From NCBI GenBank assembly GCA_965208155.1, contig OZ242322.1:100305-164304 (forward strand): a stretch of 64,000 bases of DNA, in the 5' to 3' direction. A program made the position numbers and the translations under genes. Source of the stretch: Thermodesulfobacteriota bacterium (lineage in GTDB: Bacteria > Desulfobacterota_D > UBA1144 > Nemesobacterales > Nemesobacteraceae). The stretch's first letter is position 1, and the number at the start of each line of letters is the position of its first letter. This document shows positions 41,536-52,201 of the stretch, in pieces. The notes beneath the pieces were generated by a model, which had not been told where the DNA came from, ran no database searches, and worked only from the letters and a program-made list of their open reading frames with translations.

Positions 41536-43365
41536 CTACTCCACCGTAACAACCTTGGCCAGATTTCTCGGCTGATCAACATCCGTTCCAAGAAGGTTGG
41601 CGACGTGGTAAGCGAGGAACTGCGCTGGAATAACAGATATCATGGGGCTTACAAGGTAAGGGCTTTTCGGGATTACTATCTTTCTGTCCCTCTCATCGGG
41701 AAGCCGCAGAGTCTCATCTGACGTTATGAAGATAATCCGCCCTCCCCTGGCCTTTACCTCCTGGAAATTCCCGAGAATCTTTTTGTAATACACATCCTCC
41801 TCAGGCGCGATGAAAACAACCGGCATGTTCCTGTCTATAAGGGCTATGGGTCCGTGCTTCATCTCCCCGGCTGCATACCCCTCGGCATGAATGTAGGAGA
41901 CTTCCTTGAGCTTAAGCGCACCCTCAAGAGCCACGGGGTAGTTGATCCCCCTGCCCAGATAAACAAAATTCCTGTAACCGTGAAAATCTCTTGAAAGATC
42001 CTTGATCTCAGAATCAAGCTCAAGAACTCTCTGCTGAAGCTTCGAAACCGCCAGGGCATCCGCTACGAGCAGACCCGCCCTGTGAGAATCAATAACCTTC
42101 CTTGCAAGAGCGATATATATGGAGAGAAGATAAAAGGCCATAACCTGCGCCGTAAATGATTTTGTCGAGGCAACTCCGATCTCCGGGCCAGCCTTTGTGT
42201 TTATGACGCAGTCAGACTCTCTTGATATCTTGCTCAGCGTAACGTTCGTTATGCCGAGGGTCTTCATGCCCAGATTCTTTGCCTTCTCAAGGGCCTCTGA
42301 GGTATCCGCGGTCTCGCCTGACTGGGAAACCGCGATAAAAAGCGCGTCGGGACCCACAACCGGGTTTCTGTAGCGAAACTCAGAGGCAAGCTCCACCTGG
42401 GTGTTAACTCCGGCTATTTCCTCTATCATGTACTTTCCTATAAGCGAGGCGTGGTAGGAGGTGCCGCAGGCTGCAATAATAATCCTCTGCGCCCTCTGAA
42501 GAAGCGAAGGGTCCACATCCTCGAGAACCACCTGCTTCATATCCGCCGTGAACCTTCCCCGAAGCGTATCGAAAATGGCGCGGGGCTGCTCGAATATCTC
42601 CTTCAGCATGTAGTGGCGATAGCCCGATTTTTCAGCCGCGGAAAAATCCCAGTCAACAACCGTCGCCGCCCTTTTAACCATCTGGCCTTCTGAGTCAGTT
42701 ACGGATATGCCGTTTTCGTCAAGAACCGCGAAATCGTTATCCTCAAGAAAAACAAACTCTTTTGCGTAGGGCAGAATCGCGGGGATGTCCGAGGCCACGA
42801 AACATTCATCTCCGCTCTGCGCTATTATGAGAGGAGAAAAACGCCTGGTAACCACTATCCTGCCGGGTTCCGTATCCGACATGACGGCCACTGCGTAAGA
42901 GCCTTCTATTTTCCGAAACGCCTTTCTTGCCGACTCAAGAAGCGAGTTTCCTTTCTCCGTAAAATCACGGATCAGATGAGAAATCACTTCGGTGTCGGTA
43001 TCCGAGGCAAATTCGTAACCGCAACCGCAGAGCTCATCCCTGAGCTCCTGGTAGTTCTCCACAATGCCATTATGCACAACGCTTACCGGGCCTGACACCT
43101 GGGGGTGCGCGTTCCGCTCCGAAGGGTCGCCATGAGTGGCCCACCTTGTGTGAGCTATTCCCAGAGAAGAAGTAACGTCGCAGTCAGCAAGCTTAAGTAG
43201 AAGGTTCTCAAGCTTCCCCTCGCTTTTTATGACCCTTGAGCGACCGTCCTCAACAAAGCATATCCCCGAAGAATCGTATCCCCTGTATTCAAGTCTTTTG
43301 AGACTCTCGCAGAGAACAGTTTTTGTTCTCCCGGAACTTCCTACGTAGCCGACTATTCCGCACAT
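41536..43365 (-). CDS. glmS: Glutamine-fructose-6-phosphate transaminase
   Basis: MCGIVG, HTRWATHG, SQSGETAD, DQPRNLAKVVTVE. Confidence 0.98.
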   Translation of the reverse strand: MCGIVGYVGSSGRTKTVLCESLKRLEYRGYDSSGICFVEDGRSRVIKSEGKLENLLLKLADCDVTSSLGIAHTRWATHGDPSERNAHPQVSGPVSVVHNGIVENYQELRDELCGCGYEFASDTDTEVISHLIRDFTEKGNSLLESARKAFRKIEGSYAVAVMSDTEPGRIVVTRRFSPLIIAQSGDECFVASDIPAILPYAKEFVFLEDNDFAVLDENGISVTDSEGQMVKRAATVVDWDFSAAEKSGYRHYMLKEIFEQPRAIFDTLRGRFTADMKQVVLEDVDPSLLQRAQRIIIAACGTSYHASLIGKYMIEEIAGVNTQVELASEFRYRNPVVGPDALFIAVSQSGETADTSEALEKAKNLGMKTLGITNVTLSKISRESDCVINTKAGPEIGVASTKSFTAQVMAFYLLSIYIALARKVIDSHRAGLLVADALAVSKLQQRVLELDSEIKDLSRDFHGYRNFVYLGRGINYPVALEGALKLKEVSYIHAEGYAAGEMKHGPIALIDRNMPVVFIAPEEDVYYKKILGNFQEVKARGGRIIFITSDETLRLPDERDRKIVIPKSPYLVSPMISVIPAQFLAYHVANLLGTDVDQPRNLAKVVTVE

Positions 43366-43366
43366 C

Positions 43367-44752
43367 TCAGGATTTCCCCTTCTTTGTCTTTTTCCTCTCC
43401 GCCCATCCCGCTATCTCTTTCTGCCCCGCGCGCTCTATCGCCAACGCGCCCGGGGAAACATCTTTTGTTATTGTGGAACCCGCGGCTGTAATTGCCTCTT
43501 CTCCCACGCTGACCGGCGCGACAAGCATGGTGTCGCTCCCTATGAAAGCGCGGTCTCCGACCTCGGTTCTGTGCTTGTTTACCCCGTCGTAGTTGCAGGT
43601 GATGGTTCCGGCGCCGATATTCACCCCCTCTCCTATATCCGCGTCTCCCACGTATGAGAGATGGGGGACCTTGGAACCGATCCCTATTCGCGATTTCTTT
43701 ATCTCGACAAAATTGCCGATTTTCGCTCCCTTCTCTATCATGGCTTCGGGGCGCAGATGGCAGAATGGCCCCATCACGACACCGTCTTCCACCTCACACC
43801 CCGTAAGGTACGAGGAGAACCTTATCTCGACGTCATTGCCTATCCGTGAATTCTCAATGTAGGCAGAGGGGCCTACCCGGCACCCGCTGCCGATTGCGGT
43901 TTCGCCGTAAATATATGTGTTCGGATACACTGTTGTATCCTTTCCTATGGCAACCTGATCGGATATATAGGTGGTCTCGGGGTCAAGTATCGTAACCCCG
44001 TTTTCCATGTGACGGCGGTTTATCGAGCGCCTCATGTTCCGCTCCGCTTCCGCGAGCTGTTCTCTGCTGTTCACTCCGGACACCTCCTTCGGATCCTCGA
44101 GGATAAAAGCCTGAAGCTTAAGCCCTCGGGCAACACAGATATTTATGATTCCGGGCAGATAGTACTCTCCCTGGCTGTTTTCGCTGCCAAGCCCCCCTAG
44201 ACTTTCCCAGAGAAAAGATGATTTAACGCAGTAGACCCCGGCGTTTATTTCGTTTTCCTTTCTCTCCTCCGCCGTGGCGTCCCTGTCTTCCACCACGCGG
44301 GTCACCCTCCCCCCGGCGTCCCGCAGCACCCTTCCGTATCCGCCCGGATCATCCACCACAGTGGATACAAACGACACGTCCGCCCCACACTTCGCGTGAG
44401 AATCCAAAAGGTCGCGCAGAGTCAGGAGACTCACGGCCGGAACGTCTGCGCTCAGCATGAGAATATCCCCTGAAAAACCACGAAGAACTTCCTCGCAGCA
44501 CAAAACCGCGTGTCCCGTTCCAAGCTGCGGGTGCTGGGCAACCGTCTCCAAAGGATAATCGGAAACCGCCTTTTTTATAAGCTCCGAACCGTGCCCCAGA
44601 ACAAGAACTGTTTTTTCGGGCTCAGTCCCGCGGGCCGCGTCAAGAACATAGCGCAGCATGGGCTTTTTGAGAATGGGGTGCAGCACCTTGGGAAGCTCGG
44701 AGTTCATCCGGACTCCCTTACCCGCCGCCAGTACTATAACGGCCAAAGACAT
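43367..44752 (-). CDS. glmU: Bifunctional GlmU
   Basis: LAAGKGVRM..PKVLH, hexapeptide repeats, HLSYVGDA, NYDG. Confidence 0.97.
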   Translation of the reverse strand: MSLAVIVLAAGKGVRMNSELPKVLHPILKKPMLRYVLDAARGTEPEKTVLVLGHGSELIKKAVSDYPLETVAQHPQLGTGHAVLCCEEVLRGFSGDILMLSADVPAVSLLTLRDLLDSHAKCGADVSFVSTVVDDPGGYGRVLRDAGGRVTRVVEDRDATAEERKENEINAGVYCVKSSFLWESLGGLGSENSQGEYYLPGIINICVARGLKLQAFILEDPKEVSGVNSREQLAEAERNMRRSINRRHMENGVTILDPETTYISDQVAIGKDTTVYPNTYIYGETAIGSGCRVGPSAYIENSRIGNDVEIRFSSYLTGCEVEDGVVMGPFCHLRPEAMIEKGAKIGNFVEIKKSRIGIGSKVPHLSYVGDADIGEGVNIGAGTITCNYDGVNKHRTEVGDRAFIGSDTMLVAPVSVGEEAITAAGSTITKDVSPGALAIERAGQKEIAGWAERKKTKKGKS

Positions 44753-44783
44753 AGATTTAGTGTATCAGCAAGAATCAAGAGAA

Positions 44784-45221
44784 TCAGAACGGAACGTCGT
44801 CGTTTGTGAGGTCGCCCGAGTTCTCTTCATAGTTGTAATCATCTTCTGGGGGATCCTGAGACGCTCGGCTGCCCTGTCTTGCGCTCTCTCCTCTTGTGGA
44901 GAGAAACTGCACGGTTCTGCCTACTATTTCGGTCGTATACCTCTTGTTGCCTTCCCTGTCTTCCCATGAGCGGGTTCTCAGGTGGCCCTCCACGTAAACC
45001 GAACTCCCCTTGGAGAGATATTCGGCACATACCTCCGCAAGCCTGTCGAACGCGACCACGCGGTGCCATTCAGTGTGTTCCTGCGTCTCGCCGTCCTTGC
45101 TTCTCCACTTTTCCGTTGTGGCAACCGAGAAATTGGTGACCGCCTTTCCGTCCGGCGTATATCTTACTTCCGGGTCTCTTCCCAGATTGCCGAGTATTAT
45201 AGCCTTGTTAACCGCTGCCAT
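44784..45221 (-). CDS. ssb: Single-stranded DNA-binding protein
   Basis: [16 protein letters not shown]-terminal DDVPF. Confidence 0.97.
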   Translation of the reverse strand: MAAVNKAIILGNLGRDPEVRYTPDGKAVTNFSVATTEKWRSKDGETQEHTEWHRVVAFDRLAEVCAEYLSKGSSVYVEGHLRTRSWEDREGNKRYTTEIVGRTVQFLSTRGESARQGSRASQDPPEDDYNYEENSGDLTNDDVPF

Positions 45222-45309
45222 GAGTTTTTATCACCACCGTTTTGATCTTAAGAGGAATGTACATGAAGACTCTGCGGATTTAAATACCGCCTAAGTAAAA
45301 AACTGGCTG

Positions 45310-46479
45310 CTAATAAATCGTCTCCGTATCTCTGTTAAAAATATCAAGGTGCTCAGCGTACACAAAAATCTTATGCCGATCCCTGCCAGTAACTTCCCTT
45401 ACGATTCCCAGCAGCTCAAGACGGCGAAGGGACCGAAGCACTGTAGGAAGAGAAATTCCGCAGTGCTCCACGATGCCCGTCGTGGTGCTGACGGGTCGAC
45501 GCCTGAGATATTCATATACCTTGAGGAGCCCGGGAGTCGATTTACCGGAACTTTCGATCCTGACACGGTCTTTTTCAAACAGATCCGTAACCGTTTCTGC
45601 TGTCTCAGAAGCCTGATCGGCAGTCTCTATAACGCCTTCGAGAAAAAACCTTATCCACGCTTCCCAGTCTCCCGTTTCTCTCACAGCCTGCAGATGATCG
45701 TAGTAAGCCTGGCGGTTAATTCTGAAATAGAGGCTGAGATAAAGAAGAGATTCTCTTATCGTTCCCCAGGCGTAAAGAGTAAAAGTTATGAGAAGGCGGC
45801 CGACACGCCCGTTTCCGTCAAGAAAAGGGTGGATAGTCTCAAACTGCGCGTGAACAAGCGCGGCCTTTACAAGCGAAGGCAGCTTTAGGGTTTCGTCATG
45901 AAGAAAATTCTCAAGGTCCCCCAGGCATTCCATCAGATTTTCAGCCGGGGGAGGAACAAACCGCGCGACTGAGGGCCTCAATCCTCCTATCCAGTTCTGT
46001 GAAGTACGAAACTCACCAGGACGCGCATGACTATAGCGTTCTTCGTGCATCAGTTTTTCATGAATTTCCCGAATAAGACGCAAGGAAAGCGGAAGTTCCT
46101 TCAGACAGTCAATGCCGTACTTCATGACCTTAACGTAACGCGACACCGAAACGACATCCTCATCTGACGAAATGCCGGGAGCCCGAGTGTTCTCAGATAA
46201 CAGCAGATCGTATAAAGAAGACCGTGTTCCCTCGATCTGGGATGAAAGCACGGCTTCCTTGCGTATATACATGTAAAGAAAAAGCGATGTGTCCGGTAGC
46301 GCGGCGCAGATCCCCTCAAGACGCCCAAGCGCCGCATTCGCCCGATCAAGCAGAGAATAAAGCTCATCCATGCGAATAGGCGGTTCGGGCGGAAGAGGGC
46401 GGGGAATATAGGAGTCATAATACTCCCCGGCAACGACCGAACTTCTTACATATCTGCCAATACGCTTTTTCTTTTCCAT
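45310..46479 (-). CDS. Fic-family protein with C-terminal HTH
   Basis: HPFLDGNGRVGR Fic motif; SSQIEG inhibitory-helix-like motif. Confidence 0.92.
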   Translation of the reverse strand: MEKKKRIGRYVRSSVVAGEYYDSYIPRPLPPEPPIRMDELYSLLDRANAALGRLEGICAALPDTSLFLYMYIRKEAVLSSQIEGTRSSLYDLLLSENTRAPGISSDEDVVSVSRYVKVMKYGIDCLKELPLSLRLIREIHEKLMHEERYSHARPGEFRTSQNWIGGLRPSVARFVPPPAENLMECLGDLENFLHDETLKLPSLVKAALVHAQFETIHPFLDGNGRVGRLLITFTLYAWGTIRESLLYLSLYFRINRQAYYDHLQAVRETGDWEAWIRFFLEGVIETADQASETAETVTDLFEKDRVRIESSGKSTPGLLKVYEYLRRRPVSTTTGIVEHCGISLPTVLRSLRRLELLGIVREVTGRDRHKIFVYAEHLDIFNRDTETIY

Positions 46480-46483
46480 AGGA

Positions 46484-46585
46484 CAACTAAAATAAACGGG
46501 GTTTTATGTTAGTTATATAAAAATAACTAACATGATTGAGAATTACAAAACCGGTGCTAACGTAAATCTGGTTTCATGTTAGTTG
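46484..46585. promoter_or_regulatory. Array of inverted ATGTTAGTT/AACTAACAT boxes upstream of fic
   Basis: Perfect IR ATGTTAGTTAT-N6-ATAACTAACAT (46506-46533) plus further half-sites. Confidence 0.55.
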
Positions 46586-46817
46586 ATCTGGCCCCAGGTA
46601 ACAGAATAAAGGTAATTGTTCACCCAGGCCGTGGCGAGCAATGACAATTGATTTTGGGATATTGCAATAATCAGCAAAAAGTGTGCGGTGATCAGGCAGT
46701 TTCGAGAAGGCGTCGCCAGGCAGAACACGGGACATATTCAAGTGCTGGGGGATTTGAATACAGCCCCTGCCTGGTTAACTCCGTGGTAAAGGCAGGTTGA
46801 CAATATGCCGGAAGGTT

Positions 46818-47219
46818 TCAGATGATCTGGAGGTTGGAGAGAGCCACAAGAATTCCAATAGTTACCACAATTAAAGCTCCAAGCTTTATGGTCATTCTCT
46901 GCTCAAGTTCTTTGATGTTAAACTCTATTTTCTGCTCAAGCTCCTTGATGTCGCGCTTGAGCTCGTTTTTCAGTTCTTGAATGTCGCGCTTGATTTCGTT
47001 GATCTCAAGCTCCATTTTCTGCTCAAACTCCTTGATGTCGCGCTTGACTTCGTTGATCTCAAGCTCCATTTTCTGCTCAAGCTCCTTGATGTCGCGCTTG
47101 GTGGCCAGATTGGATTCAACGATATCGTGCAGAACGCGAAGATGCGCTTCGGCCTGTTTATCTGGAACACCGGCCTCCCTGAGGTTCTCAACATACTTGA
47201 AGGCGTTAAAACCGTTCAT
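46818..47219 (-). CDS. DUF1640/CCDC90 (Bdr-like) coiled-coil membrane-anchored protein
   Basis: LREAGV..KQAEA...LATKRDI, tandem KRDIKE repeats, C-terminal TM. Confidence 0.8.
   Translation of the reverse strand: MNGFNAFKYVENLREAGVPDKQAEAHLRVLHDIVESNLATKRDIKELEQKMELEINEVKRDIKEFEQKMELEINEIKRDIQELKNELKRDIKELEQKIEFNIKELEQRMTIKLGALIVVTIGILVALSNLQII
46897..47100. repeat. Intragenic tandem repeats (54-bp and 33-bp units)
   Basis: ATGTCGCGCTTG at 46981, 47035 and 47089; related units near 46897-46960. Confidence 0.85.
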
Positions 47220-47227
47220 CAGTACCT

Positions 47228-47256
47228 ATAGTAATAAAAAGGCTGGTTGCTGTCAA
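47228..47256 (-). promoter_or_regulatory. Sigma70 promoter, near-leaderless transcript
   Basis: TTGACA-N17-TACTAT ending 8 nt before the ATG at 47219. Confidence 0.6.
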
Positions 47257-47327
47257 TTTGTCGCTCCCTCACCCACGGTTCGGGCAAACACTTACGGATA
47301 AAGAGATTAGTGGAGACACCAGGAAAT

Positions 47328-47918
47328 CTAGCGCTTTGCAAAGCAACCTGAAGTTTTTCCGAAAAATTCATTGAGAATTCTCCCCGTAAGTCCCCATATA
47401 ATGTGATTGCTGTAAGCAAACACGTAGTCATTCACAACCATTCCGTCACGTTCCCTCTCCCTCGTATCCCTGTTTTGAGGGTCAAGCAGGTGAGAGACTG
47501 GAACACGGAAAAATTCTGACACCTCGTAATTGGGAACAAACTCCACTTCCGCGTCTATGATTCCCACAAAAGGCTTGACCGCGTAATGCCTGACAAGCGG
47601 GGTGTAGGGACGCACGAAATCCATTTCCCCGAGAATCTCCACTTCCGCCGCGGCAGAGAAACCAAGTTCTTCTCCCGCTTCCCGAAGTGCCGTATCAGCA
47701 AGGGTTGTGTCGCTTTGCTTTTTCTTCCCGCCCGGAAAAGCGACGTGTCCCGAGAAAACATCTTTTCTGTACTCGGTCCTCCTTATAAACCATATTCCAT
47801 AATCTCCGTCCCGCTCGCAGAGCATTAAAAGTACCGCTGACACGACAAGCCCCCCGCCCGGATCAGTCCGGGTTCCCGGAGGATCAAGAATCCTTTTTAT
47901 TTCTTCCCGAGTGCTCAT
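47328..47918 (-). CDS. Nudix CoA pyrophosphatase
   Basis: SGHVAFPGG..TALREAGEELG, IWGLTGRIL. Confidence 0.88.
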   Translation of the reverse strand: MSTREEIKRILDPPGTRTDPGGGLVVSAVLLMLCERDGDYGIWFIRRTEYRKDVFSGHVAFPGGKKKQSDTTLADTALREAGEELGFSAAAEVEILGEMDFVRPYTPLVRHYAVKPFVGIIDAEVEFVPNYEVSEFFRVPVSHLLDPQNRDTRERERDGMVVNDYVFAYSNHIIWGLTGRILNEFFGKTSGCFAKR

Positions 47919-47935
47919 CGTATCTTCAGGAAAAA

Positions 47936-49882
47936 TCAAGGGGGGAGAGATGCTACAATGTTCCCGTAACTGTCAACTTCGCAGGCAGTATCGGGAGGAA
48001 TAAATGCGGTGGCGGTTCTCTCATGAACTATACAGGGGCCTTCGAACTTAAAGCCCGGCCCGAGCTCATCCCTGCAGCAGCATGCAACTTTTATGCTCCT
48101 GCCCTCAAAAACAACATCCTTTGCGGAAAACCTCGGCTCTGCATCCACCCTGGAAGCGGGAAGAACCTCTATTTTTCGCTCCGGCATGTAGGCCCTGAGT
48201 CTTAAGGTCACTATTTCGACAGCAGAACAGTCCTTTCTGTATCCGTAAACCCTTTCATGCTCGCGGTGAAAATCGCAAGCCATGGAATCGCTGTAGGGAA
48301 TCGTGAGTTCATGGGACTGCCTTCGGTACCTCGCGTCAACATGCTTTTCGAACCTTATATCCTCTCTTGCAAGATCCTCTCGCGCGAGCTTTTCGAGATC
48401 CTCAAACTTTCGGTCCGTCTCCTTAAGATGATCTTCGTCCGCCGAGGAAAAAAATGTGATTCCGTAGTCCTTGAAGGAATCGGCAAGAAGCATCCCGTAG
48501 GCGGAAAGCGCCCCGGGATTCTGGGGAAACACGACTTCACCTATGCCAAGGGAACGTGCAAGTTCGCAGGCGTGAAGACCTCCCGCGCCGCCGAATGAAA
48601 CAAGCGAGAATTCTCTCGGATCGTAACCCTTGGCGACCGACATCACGCGAAGGGCCTTTTCCATGTTTGAATTTGAAATCCTGATTACGGATTCGGCGAC
48701 TTCCTCCGTGGGGTGACCGGGGGCAAGAGAGCGAATCGCTTCAAATGACCTTTCGGGATATATCTTCATCCCGCCGCCGAGAAACCAGCCGGGATCCATC
48801 CTCCCGAGAACTATGTTGGCATCTGTTACGGTCGCCAAGACGCCTTTCCCGTAACACGCGGGGCCGGGATCGGCGCCGGCGCTTCGCGGTCCGACCTTGA
48901 GGATGCCCCCCTCGGCAACATAAGCGACTGAACCGCCCCCCGCGCCTATGGTCGAGATGTTTATCATAGGCACCTTGAGCGCGACGCCGCCCAGGGTGTT
49001 CCCGGTCGTAAAACCTATCCTGCCGTCGCAAAGCGATATGTCTGTCGAAGTTCCCCCCATGTCGTAGGTAATAATTTTCTTCCTCCCGGAGAGCGCGCAT
49101 ATCTCAAACGCCCCGACCACTCCCCCGGCGGGGCCGGAGAGAACTATTTTTGCAGGCTCCTCGGCCGCCTGCTCGGCGGATATCGCTCCGCCGTTTGACT
49201 GCATGATGGAAAGAGATTTTTTTGCGAGTGTCCTGGAGAGCGAACGCATATAGCTGTTCACTTTCGGAATCAGATAGGAATTAAGGACCGTAGTTGAAGT
49301 CCTTTCATATTCCCTGAATTCCGCGACAAGATCCGAGGAGAGGGTAATCGGGATGCCGAGTTCGGCGAGTGTGGCCGCAACCCTGCGTTCATTCTCAGGG
49401 TTTGCGTACGAATGGAGAAAACAAACCGCTATCGCCTCAATGCCAAGAGAAGATATCTCCTCCTTTATTTCCTCTACCTCCGCTTCATCCGGACAAAGAA
49501 GCACACCGCCCCGGTAATCCGTTCTTTCGGAAACGCCAAACCTCTGTTCCGGGGGTACAAGAGGGGCAGCCGGACTCCATAGCAGGTCGTACAATTTCTC
49601 CCTGTTCTGCCGCCTGATCTCGATTACGTCTTCAAAGCCCCTTGTGGTGACAAGGCAGGTCTTCGCCCCTTCCCGTTCCAAAAGAGCGTTTGTGGCCACG
49701 GTGGTTCCGTGAATAATTTCCGATATGCGGGAGAACTCAACGGGATGGGTCTTAAGCCCGTTTAGGACTGCTGTCGAAGGGTCGCGGGGAGTGGAAGGAA
49801 CCTTGTTTACCGATATTCCCTTTCCGTCGAAGAAAACAAAATCGGTGAAAGTCCCTCCCGCGTCTATGCCTACCGAGAGCAT
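47936..49882 (-). CDS. Hydantoinase/oxoprolinase subunit A family
   Basis: GIDAGGTFTD, HGTTVATNALLE, SGPAGG, DMGGTSTD, GAGGGS. Confidence 0.92.
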   Translation of the reverse strand: MLSVGIDAGGTFTDFVFFDGKGISVNKVPSTPRDPSTAVLNGLKTHPVEFSRISEIIHGTTVATNALLEREGAKTCLVTTRGFEDVIEIRRQNREKLYDLLWSPAAPLVPPEQRFGVSERTDYRGGVLLCPDEAEVEEIKEEISSLGIEAIAVCFLHSYANPENERRVAATLAELGIPITLSSDLVAEFREYERTSTTVLNSYLIPKVNSYMRSLSRTLAKKSLSIMQSNGGAISAEQAAEEPAKIVLSGPAGGVVGAFEICALSGRKKIITYDMGGTSTDISLCDGRIGFTTGNTLGGVALKVPMINISTIGAGGGSVAYVAEGGILKVGPRSAGADPGPACYGKGVLATVTDANIVLGRMDPGWFLGGGMKIYPERSFEAIRSLAPGHPTEEVAESVIRISNSNMEKALRVMSVAKGYDPREFSLVSFGGAGGLHACELARSLGIGEVVFPQNPGALSAYGMLLADSFKDYGITFFSSADEDHLKETDRKFEDLEKLAREDLAREDIRFEKHVDARYRRQSHELTIPYSDSMACDFHREHERVYGYRKDCSAVEIVTLRLRAYMPERKIEVLPASRVDAEPRFSAKDVVFEGRSIKVACCCRDELGPGFKFEGPCIVHERTATAFIPPDTACEVDSYGNIVASLPP

Positions 49883-49939
49883 AAAAAGATGTTTACCTCG
49901 CTGTGCGCGGGTTAAAACCGCACGGGGCTACGTGCGCAA

Positions 49940-50152
49940 TCAGTAATTATCTCTATCCTTGGGATATATGACGTTTACCTTTCCTTCGGCTATCTCTCTT
50001 AACGCAGAAACAACATGTTTGTTGTCATCGTTCTCAGAAGCCACTACGGTAGCTCCCTTGGATATCTGGCTTGCTCTTTTCATTGCTGCGATGGAAAGAG
50101 CAAATCTGTTCTCAACTTTCTCTAAACAGTCTTCAATCGTAATTCTGGCCAT
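49940..50152 (-). CDS. rpoZ: RNA polymerase omega subunit
   Basis: [21 protein letters not shown]. Confidence 0.95.
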   Translation of the reverse strand: MARITIEDCLEKVENRFALSIAAMKRASQISKGATVVASENDDNKHVVSALREIAEGKVNVIYPKDRDNY

Positions 50153-50254
50153 GGATTGTTACCTTCTTTAATCAGTAATTGATTTGCATACTACACCCAA
50201 TATAATTCGACTCTTCGCGGTAATGTCAACTTATTCGAGACTTGATACTCCGTT

Positions 50255-52003
50255 TCACTGAAATGTTCCAGCCTGATTATCGCCACGAACAAGTTCGCGG
50301 TTCTCTTTTCCCGGAAGCACACTGAGCGTCTTTGCTCTTGACGTGAGTTCCCTGAATTCCGGCCGCTTGACGGTATCCACATATATCCACCGCGACTGAG
50401 CCCTCTTCTGAGTAAAGCTCACTATCATATACCCGCGGTCCTTCGTGTTTGAGTAGACAAGACCGTCAACCAGCACTTCCAGATCCCGGGCGAGTTCCTC
50501 GGCCTGCGCCGGTTCAAGTTTAAGATAAGTCTCAAGACCTCCCGAGGACACAGACGCTGTGGCGAACTCAACCCCTACCCGTCTGCCCTCAGCATCCCCA
50601 AGGTTGTTCGCCCACCCGTTATGCGTATCCCCGGCAAGCACCACAAGGTTCTTATCCGCACTGTACGCCGCACCCAGTACCGCTTCCCGTTCCGCAGGGT
50701 AACCGTCCCAGGCATCAAGATTATAGGGAAGCACCGTGTTTATACGGTCCCGTTCACCCTGAATCACGGAAGGATCATCTCGCAGCATCCGCTTCTTAAT
50801 CTCGGTCAGCTCATCAATAAGACCCGCGACCCGCGGCGTGCGTTTACCGAGATCGGGAATTATTTCAGCGGGAATGTTCATTCTGCCCATAAGCACCTGC
50901 TGACCCAGAACCTGCCAGGCGGCAGTTGAATCAGCAAGCTTCCCCTTAAGCCAGACAAGCTGATCCCGACCGAGCAGGGTTCGTTTCGGAGAACCAATAT
51001 CCTCACGAAAACCCCGGGCATGAAAACCGGTATCAGGATCAAAATAATCTTTGTAACTAAGCTGTTTTTCCCGTCCGGCAAGGCGGGTATCGAGCATAAA
51101 AAGTTCAACCAGGTTTCCGAAAGAAAAACTGCGGTAGATCCGTCCGGAATCATTCTCTTCTGCGGGGCGAACCGGCATCCACTCGTAATAGGCCCGAAGC
51201 GCTGCCGCCTTGCGCGCATCGAAACTGCCTTCACCTTCATTATGGTTCTGCGCACCTCCCGCGTAAGCGTCGTTTGCGACCTCATGATCATCCCAGACGG
51301 TGATAAACGGATGCGCGGCGTGAAGAGCCTGAAGCTGCGGGTCGGTTCTGTATAGCGCATAACGACCTCGGTAGTCGTCAAGCGTCAGGATTTCCTGATC
51401 GCTGTAATCCGGAAAGTCCCTGACTGTTCGCCCGGCATTGTCGTTTCCAGAATCAGGCGCCCTTCCGTACTCGTAGATATAATCGCCGAGGTGCACTACG
51501 GCATCGACGTCAGCAGTTTTCGCCGCATGGCCGTAAACGTTAAAGTAACCACCATGAGATGCAGGATAGTTCGCGCATGAAAACACCGCCAGCCTGACTG
51601 AATCCACATCACCTCGGGGCAGGGTCCTGGTACGGCCGATAGCGGATACAGCCTTGCCCGAGCGGAAACGGTAATAGTAAACCGTTCCGGCCAGAAGACC
51701 CTTGACGTCTATCTTGACGGTGTAATCACTCGCGGCCGTGGCGCTCTTAACCGAGTTGTGAACAATGCTTCTGAACTCATCATCCGAAGCGACTTCCACT
51801 TCTACCCTGACTCTTCTCTCTGATTCCCGCGGAGTGACTCTGGTCCAGAGAATAACCCTGTCATCCAGGGGGTCGCCGCTTGCGACTCCATGTTCAAAAC
51901 CCACGTCTCCCGAGCTGCCGTAGAGCGCAAAACCGATAGCAAAAAGCAGAAGGACAAAAAGCAGAACCGCCGAGACATGAAAGAGATTTTTTCTCAAAAA
52001 CAC
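50255..52003 (-). CDS. phoD: Alkaline phosphatase D family
   Basis: [41 protein letters not shown]. Confidence 0.92.
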   Translation of the reverse strand: MFLRKNLFHVSAVLLFVLLLFAIGFALYGSSGDVGFEHGVASGDPLDDRVILWTRVTPRESERRVRVEVEVASDDEFRSIVHNSVKSATAASDYTVKIDVKGLLAGTVYYYRFRSGKAVSAIGRTRTLPRGDVDSVRLAVFSCANYPASHGGYFNVYGHAAKTADVDAVVHLGDYIYEYGRAPDSGNDNAGRTVRDFPDYSDQEILTLDDYRGRYALYRTDPQLQALHAAHPFITVWDDHEVANDAYAGGAQNHNEGEGSFDARKAAALRAYYEWMPVRPAEENDSGRIYRSFSFGNLVELFMLDTRLAGREKQLSYKDYFDPDTGFHARGFREDIGSPKRTLLGRDQLVWLKGKLADSTAAWQVLGQQVLMGRMNIPAEIIPDLGKRTPRVAGLIDELTEIKKRMLRDDPSVIQGERDRINTVLPYNLDAWDGYPAEREAVLGAAYSADKNLVVLAGDTHNGWANNLGDAEGRRVGVEFATASVSSGGLETYLKLEPAQAEELARDLEVLVDGLVYSNTKDRGYMIVSFTQKRAQSRWIYVDTVKRPEFRELTSRAKTLSVLPGKENRELVRGDNQAGTFQ

Positions 52004-52201
52004 AGATGTATTTTCTCCCCGCCCAAAGCAGTCTTACAGTTATACACCCAAAATCAACAGCGATTAAAGGAAAAGCTGACAGGACGCGGGAGACAGCCGG
52101 GGGGAAGCATAAACATGGCGGTTTCCACACTTCGGCGGTTCTTTGACAACGGAAGCTTTACAATTATTATCTTGACGTACTTTCAGCGGAACGGAAACCT
52201 G

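Noticed and set aside
29637-46754. Shared 13-mer GTGCTGGGGGATT (purD RBS region and 46742)
   Set aside because: Many 13-mer matches are expected by chance in 64 kb
47936-49882. Hydantoinase A without adjacent B subunit
   Set aside because: Split locations are common; the partner may be elsewhere in the genome
50186-52052. TACACCCAA shared on both sides of phoD
   Set aside because: A 9-nt match only; not significant alone
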